Below, piece after piece: positions 50,733 to 59,057 of a stretch of DNA of 64,000 nt. The notes beneath the pieces were generated by a model, which saw only the letters and a program-made list of their open reading frames with translations, was not told where the DNA came from and did no database searches. Every line of letters begins with the position of its first letter. Position 1 is the stretch's first letter. The stretch comes from Acidobacteriota bacterium (GTDB lineage: Bacteria > Acidobacteriota > Thermoanaerobaculia > Multivoradales > UBA5704), in NCBI GenBank assembly GCA_040005235.1, contig JBDTZG010000006.1, forward strand, positions 89,496-153,495. Direction: 5' to 3'. A program made the translations under genes and the position numbers.

Positions 50733-51535
50733 CACGATTCTCCCGAGGTGCGGCGCGGGCGCTGGAAGAACAGCCCGGCCAGGGTTCCAATCACGGAAAC
50801 GAGAACGATCAGGGTGGAGAGCGCATTGATGTCCGGCGTGATGCCGCGCTTGACCGAAGAGTAGATCAGGATTGGCAGCGTGCCGGCGCCCGGTCCGGTG
50901 GTGAAGAAGCTGACCACGAAATCGTCGAGGCTCAAGGTGAACGCGAGCATCGCGCCCGCGACCACGGCGGGGAGGATCATCGGCAGGGTCACATGGCGAA
51001 AGGTCTGAAAGGCGGTCGCCCCGAGGTCGCGGGCCGCCTCTTCTACGCTTGGATCGATGCCGATCATGCGGGAGCGGATGACGATCGCGACGAACGGGAT
51101 TTGGAACGTCACGTGGGCGACGACCATTGTCGACATCCCCAGCTCGAAAAGGCCGAGATGGTCGCGGACCAGCGAAAAGAACATCAGCATCGCGATCGCC
51201 ATCACGATGTCGGGAATCACGACGGGTATGTACATCAGGCGCGAGAACAGCTTTTTGCCCGGAAAGCGGTAGCGCGAGAGGCCGTAACCCAGGAGCGTGC
51301 CGAGGACGGTTGCGATGCCGGTACTCGAAAGGCCGAGGATCAGAGTGTTTTTGGCCGCGTCGATCTTCTCGCGGCTGTCGAACAGCTTGGCGTACCAGTC
51401 GACCGTGAACCCCTGCCACGGGCCGCCGTGGCGGGCGGAGTTGAAGGAGTAGACGATCACCACGGCGATCGGCGCATAGAGGAAGACGAAGAGGATCGCG
51501 GCCCAGATCCAGAGCGGCAGCGAGGGTTTTCTCAC
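50732..51535 (-). CDS. potC: Spermidine/putrescine ABC transporter permease
   Basis: GTG start at 51535 (GTGA overlap with the potB stop). EAA loop EAARDLGATAFQTFRHVTLP. Confidence 0.88.
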   Translation of the reverse strand: MRKPSLPLWIWAAILFVFLYAPIAVVIVYSFNSARHGGPWQGFTVDWYAKLFDSREKIDAAKNTLILGLSSTGIATVLGTLLGYGLSRYRFPGKKLFSRLMYIPVVIPDIVMAIAMLMFFSLVRDHLGLFELGMSTMVVAHVTFQIPFVAIVIRSRMIGIDPSVEEAARDLGATAFQTFRHVTLPMILPAVVAGAMLAFTLSLDDFVVSFFTTGPGAGTLPILIYSSVKRGITPDINALSTLIVLVSVIGTLAGLFFQRPRRTSGES

Positions 51536-52467
51536 AAAAGCGCCTCTTCGCTGTCGCGCCCCGCGGTGCGAGCGTAAAACGACAGGCCGAGCATTACGAC
51601 CGCCATGCCGACGCAGGCGATCGCCGCGCCGAACGGCCAGTCGCGGCTCGCACCGAATTGCTGCTGGATCGCGTTGCCCAGCAGCACCGTCCGCGCTCCG
51701 CCGAGCAGGTCCGGAATCACGAACTGGCCGACCGCCGGGATGAACACTAGGATCATCCCCGCGATCATGCCGGGCTGCACTTGCGGCAGGATCGCATGGC
51801 GCAGGACGCGCGACCCGTCGGCGCCCAAATCCATCGCCGCCTCGGCAATCGACCAGTCGAGCTTTTCGAACGACGAATAGAGCGGCAGGACGAAGAACGG
51901 CAGGTACGCCGCGAGCATGCCGAGGTAGACCGCGCCGAGGCTTGGGTAGAGCGGCCGGCCCGCCTCCGCGAGGCCGAGGGCGGAGGCGAGCTTCGCCGCC
52001 AGGCTCTGGGGCCCCAGCAGGATCTGCCACGCGTAGGTGCGGATCAGCAGATTGGTCCAGAACGGAATGACCACGAGCGTGAGGGCGATCTGTTTGGCGC
52101 GTGGCGGCAGCTGGACGATGAAGTAGGCGAGCGGAAACCCGGCGAGCAGGCAGACCGTGGTCGTCCCCGCCGCGAGCACCAGGCTGCGCAGAATCACCAG
52201 CGGATAGAGCGGGTCGAAACCGAACGCGCCGAAGCCGGCGAGACGGCTGTAGTTTTCACCCGTGAGCGGCAACCCGATCTCACCGTACGAGCCGCGGGTC
52301 AAGAAGCTCATGGCGACCACCGCGAGCAACGGCACGAGCAGAAAGACGTTTACCCACAGGATGCCCGGTCCGCTGGTGAGCGCGGAGCGCACGAGCTGGC
52401 GCGCCGGGGTGAGCCGCTCGCCGAAGCGGATCTCTATCTCACGCTTGCTGCGAACCTTGTTCGCCAT
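51532..52467 (-). CDS. potB: Spermidine/putrescine ABC transporter permease
   Basis: EAA loop EAAMDLGADGSRVLRHAILP. TGATG overlap with the potA stop. Confidence 0.88.
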   Translation of the reverse strand: MANKVRSKREIEIRFGERLTPARQLVRSALTSGPGILWVNVFLLVPLLAVVAMSFLTRGSYGEIGLPLTGENYSRLAGFGAFGFDPLYPLVILRSLVLAAGTTTVCLLAGFPLAYFIVQLPPRAKQIALTLVVIPFWTNLLIRTYAWQILLGPQSLAAKLASALGLAEAGRPLYPSLGAVYLGMLAAYLPFFVLPLYSSFEKLDWSIAEAAMDLGADGSRVLRHAILPQVQPGMIAGMILVFIPAVGQFVIPDLLGGARTVLLGNAIQQQFGASRDWPFGAAIACVGMAVVMLGLSFYARTAGRDSEEALL

Positions 52468-53636
52468 CAGTCGTCCAGCACCAGCAGCCCCGCGGGGGGA
52501 AGCACGGCGGTTGCTGTCTGGCCAAGGTCGAACCCTTGCGAGCCGATCCGCGCGTTCATCGCGTAGGCGGTGAGTATCAGGCCGCCCGGCGCGTCGAGCA
52601 GATAGTGGGTCTCCGAGCCGATGTAGATCAGCTCGCGAACGGTGACCGGCACCCGGTTTTCGCCCTCTTCCGCGGCGGCCCCTGCGGCCCCGGCGGACAC
52701 CAGGCGCACTTTCTCAGGGCGAATCGCAAGGGTGAGGGCCTCCCGTGGGGACTCCGGAGTGGTGGGTGGTGCGGGCGCGCCGTGCCCTTCGACGCGCAAC
52801 TCGCCGAACGGCGTTTCGACCCGCACGGCAAGCCCGTCGCGCCGGACCGCCTTCCCCTCGATCAGATTGCAGGTGCCCAAGAACTGGCTGACGAACCGGG
52901 TGCGCGGCCGTTCGTAGATTTCTTCCGCCTCGCCCAGCTGCTCGATCCGCCCGGCGCGCATGACCGCGATCCGGTCGCTCATCACCAGGGCCTCTTCCTG
53001 GTCGTGGGTGACGAAGACGAAAGTGATCCCAAGCCGGCGCTGGAGCGCCAGAAGCTCCACCTGCAGCTCCTTCCGGAGCTTCGAGTCGAGCGCGCCGAGC
53101 GGCTCGTCGAGCAGCAGCACCTTCGGCTCGTTGATCAGCGCTCGGGCGAGCGCCACCCGCTGCTTCTGGCCGCCGGAAAGCTGGGCAGGCTTGCGATCGG
53201 CGAACGTGGCGATCTGCACCAGGTCGAGCATGCGTTCGACGCGCAGGGCGACTTCGCCCCCGGGCACCTTCTTCATCCGCAGTCCGAAGGCGACGTTGTC
53301 GCGCACGTTCATGTGGGGAAACAGCGCGTACGACTGGAAAACCGTGTTCACCGGACGCCGGTGAGCGGGGATTTCGCCCACGTCCTGGCCGTCGATCCGC
53401 ACCGTGCCCGCATCCGCCACGTCGAGTCCAGCGAGGATGCGCAGGAGGGTCGTCTTGCCGCAGCCGGAGGGGCCGAGCAGGGTCAGGAACTCTCCCGGCC
53501 GGATTGCGAGCGACACCCCATCGAGCGCCACGAACGAGCCGAATTCGCGCCGGAGCCCCAAGACCTCGACCGAGGTGGCGCGAGCCGTGCCCGCCGCCCC
53601 CTGCCCCCCCTTCGGCTCGCTTGGCGTTTCCGCCAT
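52467..53636 (-). CDS. potA: Spermidine/putrescine ABC transporter ATPase
   Basis: Walker A GPSGCGKTT, signature LSGGQKQRVALARAL, Walker B LLLDEPLGALD, and a TOBE-like C-terminal domain. Confidence 0.9.
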   Translation of the reverse strand: MAETPSEPKGGQGAAGTARATSVEVLGLRREFGSFVALDGVSLAIRPGEFLTLLGPSGCGKTTLLRILAGLDVADAGTVRIDGQDVGEIPAHRRPVNTVFQSYALFPHMNVRDNVAFGLRMKKVPGGEVALRVERMLDLVQIATFADRKPAQLSGGQKQRVALARALINEPKVLLLDEPLGALDSKLRKELQVELLALQRRLGITFVFVTHDQEEALVMSDRIAVMRAGRIEQLGEAEEIYERPRTRFVSQFLGTCNLIEGKAVRRDGLAVRVETPFGELRVEGHGAPAPPTTPESPREALTLAIRPEKVRLVSAGAAGAAAEEGENRVPVTVRELIYIGSETHYLLDAPGGLILTAYAMNARIGSQGFDLGQTATAVLPPAGLLVLDD

Positions 53637-53823
53637 GCCGGTTCCCCCTTCGTGCGAGGTCTAGAAGATCGAAAGTCCGGCGAGGATAGCAAGGATCCCG
53701 GGCCGGGACGGTTCTCCGGCGCTCGGGCGTCGTCGCCCTTCGGGTTGGTTTTCGCACTGTGTTCGTAAGGGTCGTGGATGCCGCGACCCGATTTCCCCTC
53801 AAAGGGGGAGAAGGGAAAACGCT

Positions 53824-54162
53824 ATGAGTCGCTCGAAGCTCTTGCCGCTGTTCCTGTTTGTCGTCGTCCTCGCGTTGTTCGCCCTGCCGGGCTCCGCCGC
53901 TTCCGCCCCGGTGGCTCCGGCCGCCGCTCCGAGCGTCGCGGCACCGGCCTGCGGGATTGACGCGGGTTTGCTGTTTTCGACCGGTGTGAGCGCGGCGCCC
54001 AAGTCGTGCGGCGCGGCCCCGGCGGCGCAGGTCGGAGTGCCGGAGCCCGAGTTCCTCGCCAAGCGGCTTGGCTACTGCCATTGCGGCTGCTCATCCGCGC
54101 GGTGTCAGACCAGCGCGGATTGCGGCGGCTCCTCGTGCGACCCCTTCATCAGCTGCTGCTGA
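53824..54162 (+). CDS. Small secreted protein with a Cys/Ser/Thr-rich C-terminal tail
   Basis: GGGGGAGAAGGGAAAA purine tract upstream of the ATG. Sec signal MSRSKLLPLFLFVVVLALFALPGSAASA, an Ala/Pro-rich middle, and the tail LGYCHCGCSSARCQTSADCGGSSCDPFISCC (8 Cys, 7 Ser/Thr in the last 28 aa). Confidence 0.6.
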   Translation: MSRSKLLPLFLFVVVLALFALPGSAASAPVAPAAAPSVAAPACGIDAGLLFSTGVSAAPKSCGAAPAAQVGVPEPEFLAKRLGYCHCGCSSARCQTSADCGGSSCDPFISCC

Positions 54163-54217
54163 GGAGCGCCGTTCGCCCCCTCTCGCCCGGCTGTAGAGGG
54201 AGAGAGGGGGCCCCGGA

Positions 54218-55336
54218 CTACCCTTGATTCAGATCCATCGGCCGCCCTTTCCAGGGCGCCAGCCGGCCGCGCCGGTGGTCGAGGCCGCAGAGGATCGCGA
54301 GGGCCGCGAGCGCCAGGGCGTCGAACGGGTAGATCAGTCCATAAACGGGCGAGTTGTCGCTGCCCCGGCGGACGATCCCGGAGGCTGCCGCACCCGCCGT
54401 CCAGACCAGAAGAGCCGCCGGCCAGTCAGCCCTTAAAAGCGCGGCGACGAAAATTGTCACGGGAATAGCAAGCACTGTCACCAGGCGCGCGAGCCGGGCG
54501 GTCTCCCCACCGAATAGGCAGCCCAGGATGCGCCGCCAGCCGGCCCAAGTCTCGCGTCCCCCGAGATACATGCGCACCGAGAGGAGCGGCGAACGGAAAA
54601 ACGCGGTGCGGAAGCCCTCCGCCTGAAGTGCGGCGGCGATCGCCACGTCGTCCATCGGAGCACCCTTTACCCGGTCAAAGCCGCCGCAGGCATCCCAGGC
54701 ATCTTTTCGCAAGAGTAAGAATTGCCCGTTGGCGACCGCGGGACCTTCGCCGCGCGCGGAGTTCCGCCAATCTCCGAGCAGGAAATCGAGATACGCATAG
54801 GCGACCGGTGTGAGCAGGTTCTCGCCCAGGCCAAGGACTTCTTGGCGGCCGGCAATCGAGAGCAAAGCGAAGCCGCCGCTTTCTGCCGCGGCGAGTGCTC
54901 GGGCGAGCAGCTCCGGCGCGGAGCGCGCGTCGGCGTCGGTGGTCAGAATCCAAGGCGCGTCGAGCCCGCGCCAGCCGAAATCGAGTGCGTGGACCTTGCC
55001 GCGCCAGCCCGCCGGGAGGGGCTCTACCGGGAGGATCTCCACCCGCGGCTCGGCATCGAATCGGCCGTGCGCAAGCGCCGCCGTCCGGTCGGTCGAGCCG
55101 TCGTCGAGGATGCGGATCCGCGGCCCGGCGGTCTGCAGGAGGAGCGCTTCGACGCAAGGCACGACGTTTCGCTCTTCATTGCGAACTGGCACGAGGACTG
55201 CATTGGAATTGGAAGCGGGAGCTGCGGGAGCGGCGGGAGGGAGCGCGGGGGCCGAACTTCGACGCTCCTCGATCGCGGCCGCGGCGGCCAGCAAGCAGCC
55301 CGCGGCGCATAGAGCGGAAAGGAAGAGCAGGCTCAT
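54218..55336 (-). CDS. Membrane-anchored family 2 glycosyltransferase
   Basis: N-terminal TM helix, VLVPVRNEE, ILDDGSTDRT, TDADA (DxD) and C-terminal TM helices. Confidence 0.8.
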   Translation of the reverse strand: MSLLFLSALCAAGCLLAAAAAIEERRSSAPALPPAAPAAPASNSNAVLVPVRNEERNVVPCVEALLLQTAGPRIRILDDGSTDRTAALAHGRFDAEPRVEILPVEPLPAGWRGKVHALDFGWRGLDAPWILTTDADARSAPELLARALAAAESGGFALLSIAGRQEVLGLGENLLTPVAYAYLDFLLGDWRNSARGEGPAVANGQFLLLRKDAWDACGGFDRVKGAPMDDVAIAAALQAEGFRTAFFRSPLLSVRMYLGGRETWAGWRRILGCLFGGETARLARLVTVLAIPVTIFVAALLRADWPAALLVWTAGAAASGIVRRGSDNSPVYGLIYPFDALALAALAILCGLDHRRGRLAPWKGRPMDLNQG

Positions 55337-55397
55337 GAGAGATAGGAAGCGCGCACCAGGTGCCTACGAGTCCGCCCTGCGAGGTGCGCGCTTCGGG

Positions 55398-55631
55398 TCA
55401 GGCGAGCTTCGCTTGGAGGGCGTCGGCCACTTCGCCCGGCGTGGGGAAACGACCTTCCTGCTTCTTCGAGAAGATGACCTGATCGTCGAGGGTGACGTGG
55501 AAGGTGCCGCCGTGCCCTTTGACCAGCTGGGCTTCGAGGCCGAACCTGGTTCTAATTTCGTCCGCCAGACCGACGGCTCGGGGAAGATAGCCTCAGGCAG
55601 TACAGTATTCGATGACAAATCTATGATCCAT
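55398..55631 (-). CDS. SelW/Rdx-family selenoprotein with in-frame UGA (Sec) at 55595-55593
   Basis: Hand translation of the minus strand gives MDHRFVIEYCTA-U-GYLPRAVGLADEIRTRFGLEAQLVKGHGGTFHVTLDDQVIFSKKQEGRFPTPGEVADALQAKLA*. This shows the CxxU redox motif in the canonical IEYCxxUGY context and the Rdx hallmarks G.F.V......IFSK...GRFP. An AAGGAG SD lies 8 nt upstream of the ATG at 55631. selB is in the same window. The gene is absent from the ORF track because of the TGA. Confidence 0.8.
55535..55580 (-). promoter_or_regulatory. Candidate bacterial SECIS hairpin
   Basis: Starting 12 nt after the UGA, CGAGCCGUCGGUCUGG-(15 nt)-CCAGGUUCGGCCUCG can form an imperfect ~14-bp stem (4+3+7 bp, including G-U pairs, a bulge and an internal loop). 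Folded by eye only. Confidence 0.45.
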
Positions 55632-56085
55632 CCAAATTCTCCTTTCGTACGGATTATATAGAGAGGACGTCGGTTCCGCCCTTGCTGCCCGTCAAAGAGC
55701 GCCGCGCCGGAAAATTCTCCCGGTACCGGTCGAAAAGGCCTGCCGAAATGCCCCGTCGATACGGCGGGAATACTGAAACTCGTTTGTGGTTGTATCTATG
55801 GTGCGTGTCGATAGTCAAAGCGAGACAAACTTCCGAAGAAAGTTCACTTACCCCCTAGATTTCTGGTTCAGAGTCTCTATAATATCGTTTCAACGATCGG
55901 AGAAAGGCGCCGAAGCAAGGGCAGTTCTCGGGTCGTTGGCGGGGACTCAGGCAGGGTCGTGGAGGGGTGCGTTACCGGTTACATCGGTCGAATTGGCGGT
56001 CGGATTGTGGCGTCACCGAACGTCTGGTGGGATTTGAAGACGAGACGTATTCCGTACAAACTTTATGACCTCGGAGGTAGTAAAA

Positions 56086-56433
56086 ATGAAATCCACCCCA
56101 GCGAACATGTCCACGAAAGAGATGGCTCAGATCCGGCAGAACCTCGAAGGGACGCCGGACATCGAGGAAGCGGCCGAGCTGATGAACCTGGCGGGCAATT
56201 CGACCCGCTTGAAGCTCCTCTATCTTCTGGACAACATGAAAGAGCTCTGCGTGTGCGATCTGGCCGAGATGCTCGGCGTGTCGGTCTCCGCAGTCTCGCA
56301 GCACCTGGCGAAGCTCAAGGCCTACGGGCTCGTCGCGCCGCGCCGCGACGCTCAGACGATCTACTACCGTCTGACCGAGCACCCGTTCAACGCGAAGCTC
56401 CGCGACAACTTTTTTCGTCAGTTCCAGGTCTGA
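56086..56433 (+). CDS. ArsR/SmtB-family metalloregulator
   Basis: GGAGG SD upstream of the ATG at 56086. ELCVCDLAEMLGVSVSAVSQHLAKLK contains the CVC metal site and the HTH. Confidence 0.88.
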   Translation: MKSTPANMSTKEMAQIRQNLEGTPDIEEAAELMNLAGNSTRLKLLYLLDNMKELCVCDLAEMLGVSVSAVSQHLAKLKAYGLVAPRRDAQTIYYRLTEHPFNAKLRDNFFRQFQV

Positions 56434-56471
56434 GTCGGGGCCCGCTTCGGCGGGCAGGCGGTATCGGTAAG

Positions 56472-56511
56472 GAACGCGGCCGGGTAGTCTTTCCGGCCGC
56501 GTTCGCCTTTT
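56472..56511 (+). terminator. Rho-independent terminator, possibly bidirectional
   Basis: GAACGCGGCCGG-(9 nt)-CCGGCCGCGTTC followed by GCCTTTT. It lies between convergent genes. Confidence 0.75.
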
Positions 56512-56527
56512 CGGGGGGCCCAGGCGG

Positions 56528-57001
56528 CTAGCCCGGCTTAACGGTCATCAGCAGAACCAGGATGACGATTCCGAGCGCGTTCACGTCGCCGAGAATTCCC
56601 GGCAGCTTGTTCGCCATCAGCCGATCGAGCTCCGGATTCGATTCTCCCGCGGCGACCGCCGCCTCGACCGCTGCGGCAAGCTGCAGGACCTTGGGCGCGA
56701 TGTAGAACAGGGTGATCGAGAGCATCGCGAACCAGATCGCCGAAGAGAGGATGACCCAGAGCGAATCGAATCGATAGCCGCGGGCGGCCACCAGGTAGAG
56801 GCCGAGCACCCCGGCGACGACCGAGCCGGGAACGCTGAACACCTTCACCGACCGCGCCAGCAGGCGGATACCGAACGCCTTGGCCCGGAAGTCCCGGACC
56901 TTCTTGGTCTGGGCGCGGATCACCGTGCTGCCGAAGACTCCCGCGGTGAGCCAGAGCGCGGCGAGTACGTGAAGGAAGAGAATCCAGCTCGAACCGGTCA
57001 T
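56528..57001 (-). CDS. Small integral membrane protein (DUF2269-like)
   Basis: 157 aa with four TM helices. The family assignment is by recollection only. Confidence 0.5.
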   Translation of the reverse strand: MTGSSWILFLHVLAALWLTAGVFGSTVIRAQTKKVRDFRAKAFGIRLLARSVKVFSVPGSVVAGVLGLYLVAARGYRFDSLWVILSSAIWFAMLSITLFYIAPKVLQLAAAVEAAVAAGESNPELDRLMANKLPGILGDVNALGIVILVLLMTVKPG

Positions 57002-57122
57002 TTCGCGACCTCCCTTTAAGGTTGGCTCGAAACTCTACCATCCGATCCGGGAACGGAGATTAGAATCGTCGCGCCCGTCGCGTTCGTTTTCCACCCTAGA
57101 GCCTCAAGGAGCCGGTGCCGCC

Positions 57123-57827
57123 ATGTCGAACCATCCGCGACCGAAGTTCACGTTTCTCGGCCATGCGACCGTGCGTTGCGATCTGCCCGGCGGCGAGGTC
57201 ATTCTGATCGACCCCTGGTTGGACAATCCGTCCTGTCCGCCCTCGGGCAAAGACCTTTCCCGGCTCGACGCGATCCTGGTTACTCACGGACATTCCGACC
57301 ACATCGCGGACGTCGCCGAGCTGGCCAAGCGTTTCGGCGCCCGGGTGATCGCCAACTACGAGATCATCACCTGGCTCGCCGCCCAAGGGGTGAAAAACGG
57401 GACCGGCATGAACCTGGGCGGCTCCGTGGAGGTTCTGGGCCTGCGCGTCACGATGGTCCGCGCCGATCATTCGAGCGGCCTGCCGGACGGCGGCTACGGC
57501 GGCATCGCTTCGGGGTTCGTGGTCGCGATGCCCGAGGGGGGCTTCACCTTCTACCATGCGGGCGATACCGCCCTCTTTTCGGACCTGCAGCTGATCGGCG
57601 AGCTGTATCGCCCGGAGCTGGCGTTCCTGCCGATCGGCGACCTGTTCACTATGGACCCCGAGCAGGCGGCGCGCGCCGCCCGTTTCCTGGGTGTCCGCAA
57701 GGTGATTCCGATCCACTGGGGGACCTTCCCGGCACTCACCGGAACGCCGGACGAGCTGGCGCGCGCGCTCGACCAGTTGGGGGCGGCCTGCGATCTGATC
57801 ACACTCGCCCCCGGCGAGTCCTACTAG
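57123..57827 (+). CDS. Metal-dependent hydrolase, MBL fold (UPF0173-like)
   Basis: FLGHATV...LIDPW...ILVTHGHSDH motif series, 234 aa. Confidence 0.85.
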   Translation: MSNHPRPKFTFLGHATVRCDLPGGEVILIDPWLDNPSCPPSGKDLSRLDAILVTHGHSDHIADVAELAKRFGARVIANYEIITWLAAQGVKNGTGMNLGGSVEVLGLRVTMVRADHSSGLPDGGYGGIASGFVVAMPEGGFTFYHAGDTALFSDLQLIGELYRPELAFLPIGDLFTMDPEQAARAARFLGVRKVIPIHWGTFPALTGTPDELARALDQLGAACDLITLAPGESY

Positions 57828-57860
57828 CCGCTCGCGCACTTTCCCTTCGGCCGATCCGCC

Positions 57861-58526
57861 ATGGCGACCAGCACCGTCGAGGACTATTTGAAGCACATCC
57901 TGCTCGCCGAAGAGCGCGAGCCGGACGCCCGGGTGTCGATGGGGCACGTGGCCGCGGCGCTGGGCGTCTCGCCCGGCACGGTGACCGCGATGATGAAAAC
58001 GCTCGCTGACGGCGGCCTGGTCGAGTACGAGCCGTACAGCGGCGTGCGCCTCTCCGCCCCGGGGCGCCAGCTCGCGACCCACGTTCTGCGCCGTCACCGT
58101 CTGATCGAGCTGTTCCTGGTCGAGGTGATGAAGATGGACTGGAGCGAGGTCCACGCCGAAGCCGAGCACCTGGAGCACGCCGTCTCCGACCGGTTGATCG
58201 AGCGGATGGACGAGATGCTCGGCTTTCCCTCGGTCGATCCGCACGGCGACCCGATCCCCGACAGCCACGGCGTGGTGCGCAAACCCGATCACCAAAGCCT
58301 CCTGCTCTGCCCGCTCGGGCTGCCGCTGCGCGTGGCCCGGGTCGCCGACCAGAGCCGCGACTTCCTGCGGCTCCTGGAGCGCCGGGGGTTGAAGCCCGGC
58401 AGCCCCCTGGTCGTCGAGTCGCGGGAAGAGGCGGCCGACGCGGTAACCTTGAAGCTCGCGGCCGGCGAACCCCTCACCCTCGGCTTCCGCGCGGCGTCGA
58501 AGATCTTCGTCGAGGGGGCCGGATAG
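57861..58526 (+). CDS. DtxR/IdeR/MntR-family metal-dependent transcriptional repressor
   Basis: N-terminal wHTH (TVEDYLKHIL...VAAALGVSPGTVTAMMKTL), metal-site residues (HAEAEHLEH) and an SH3/FeoA-like C-terminal domain. Confidence 0.88.
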   Translation: MATSTVEDYLKHILLAEEREPDARVSMGHVAAALGVSPGTVTAMMKTLADGGLVEYEPYSGVRLSAPGRQLATHVLRRHRLIELFLVEVMKMDWSEVHAEAEHLEHAVSDRLIERMDEMLGFPSVDPHGDPIPDSHGVVRKPDHQSLLLCPLGLPLRVARVADQSRDFLRLLERRGLKPGSPLVVESREEAADAVTLKLAAGEPLTLGFRAASKIFVEGAG

Positions 58527-58571
58527 CGGCGTTTCAGTCGCTTTTCGGGCTCTCACCCGCTCGCTCGGCCT

Positions 58572-58940
58572 GTGCCGGCCCGCCGCTCGGAAGTGCAGGA
58601 CTGCATCCTGGCGGAAGACGCTGAGGACTATCTCAGTTTCCACGACTTCCTCTGGCAAGTACACGAGACGCTTGGGATATGGCTTCCCGGGGCGGTGCGG
58701 TCGCGGGTTCTTGTTCTTATTAAGAGTTACCTTGAGGGTGGCTACATTGTGCCGGGATTTCCAGTTGATCTGGGGCCAGAGTTTGCTGCATGGGACTTAC
58801 CAGTCGACGAATCGATGGCCGGGATCACCAAAGCATGGGACGAGCTCGATGAACTGCCAGCCGTGAGCGGGGAAAGACGACCCTTTGCCGGGGTAGGCCC
58901 CGGTCGCAGAGTGGGGCAGCCCTCTTCCCCCTGTTGGTAG
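58572..58940 (+). CDS. Hypothetical protein in a local low-GC patch
   Basis: 122-aa ORF with an uncertain non-ATG start and visibly lower GC over ~58600-58880. No family recognised. Confidence 0.4.
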   Translation: MPARRSEVQDCILAEDAEDYLSFHDFLWQVHETLGIWLPGAVRSRVLVLIKSYLEGGYIVPGFPVDLGPEFAAWDLPVDESMAGITKAWDELDELPAVSGERRPFAGVGPGRRVGQPSSPCW

Positions 58941-59057
58941 TGGCCCGCCCCGAAGCCCACCCCTAGATCTTGCGCTGGCGGGGCCTGACAACCGCGCCGT
59001 GGGGTGATAAGTTCCCGCTCGCGGCCCGCCCCCTTTTCGGCGGTGCCGCCCGATCCG

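Noticed and set aside
49629-51419. 596-aa ORF extending potD upstream across potC. The same pattern occurs for 13756..15357 (yqeY), 14265..15479 (pdxA) and 50732..52030 (potC).
   Set aside because: The signal peptide or lipobox, or the family N-termini, appear at internal start codons that form stop/start overlaps with the upstream gene. The extensions are low-complexity and overlap real genes.
46193-54162. Calling the region a complete lanthipeptide biosynthetic gene cluster.
   Set aside because: There is no LanC/LanM/LanKC/LanL, no adjacent leader-bearing precursor and no dedicated immunity genes. The intervening genes are a standard potABCD operon. Only the orphan LanB and a speculative peptide can be supported.
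55364-55618. Listed 84-aa minus-strand ORF, and the 283-aa plus-strand ORF 54810..55661, over the same region.
   Set aside because: Both have junk-like composition. The third minus frame gives a textbook SelW/Rdx sequence once TGA is read as Sec.
56016-56047. CTTCAAA (a tRNA-Sec-like anticodon loop) on the minus strand, near the selenoprotein gene.
   Set aside because: The flanking sequence only forms a CGTCT/AGACG stem with a 16-nt loop. There is no 8/5 acceptor/T-arm geometry, no GGTTCGA T-loop and no long variable arm, so this is not selC.
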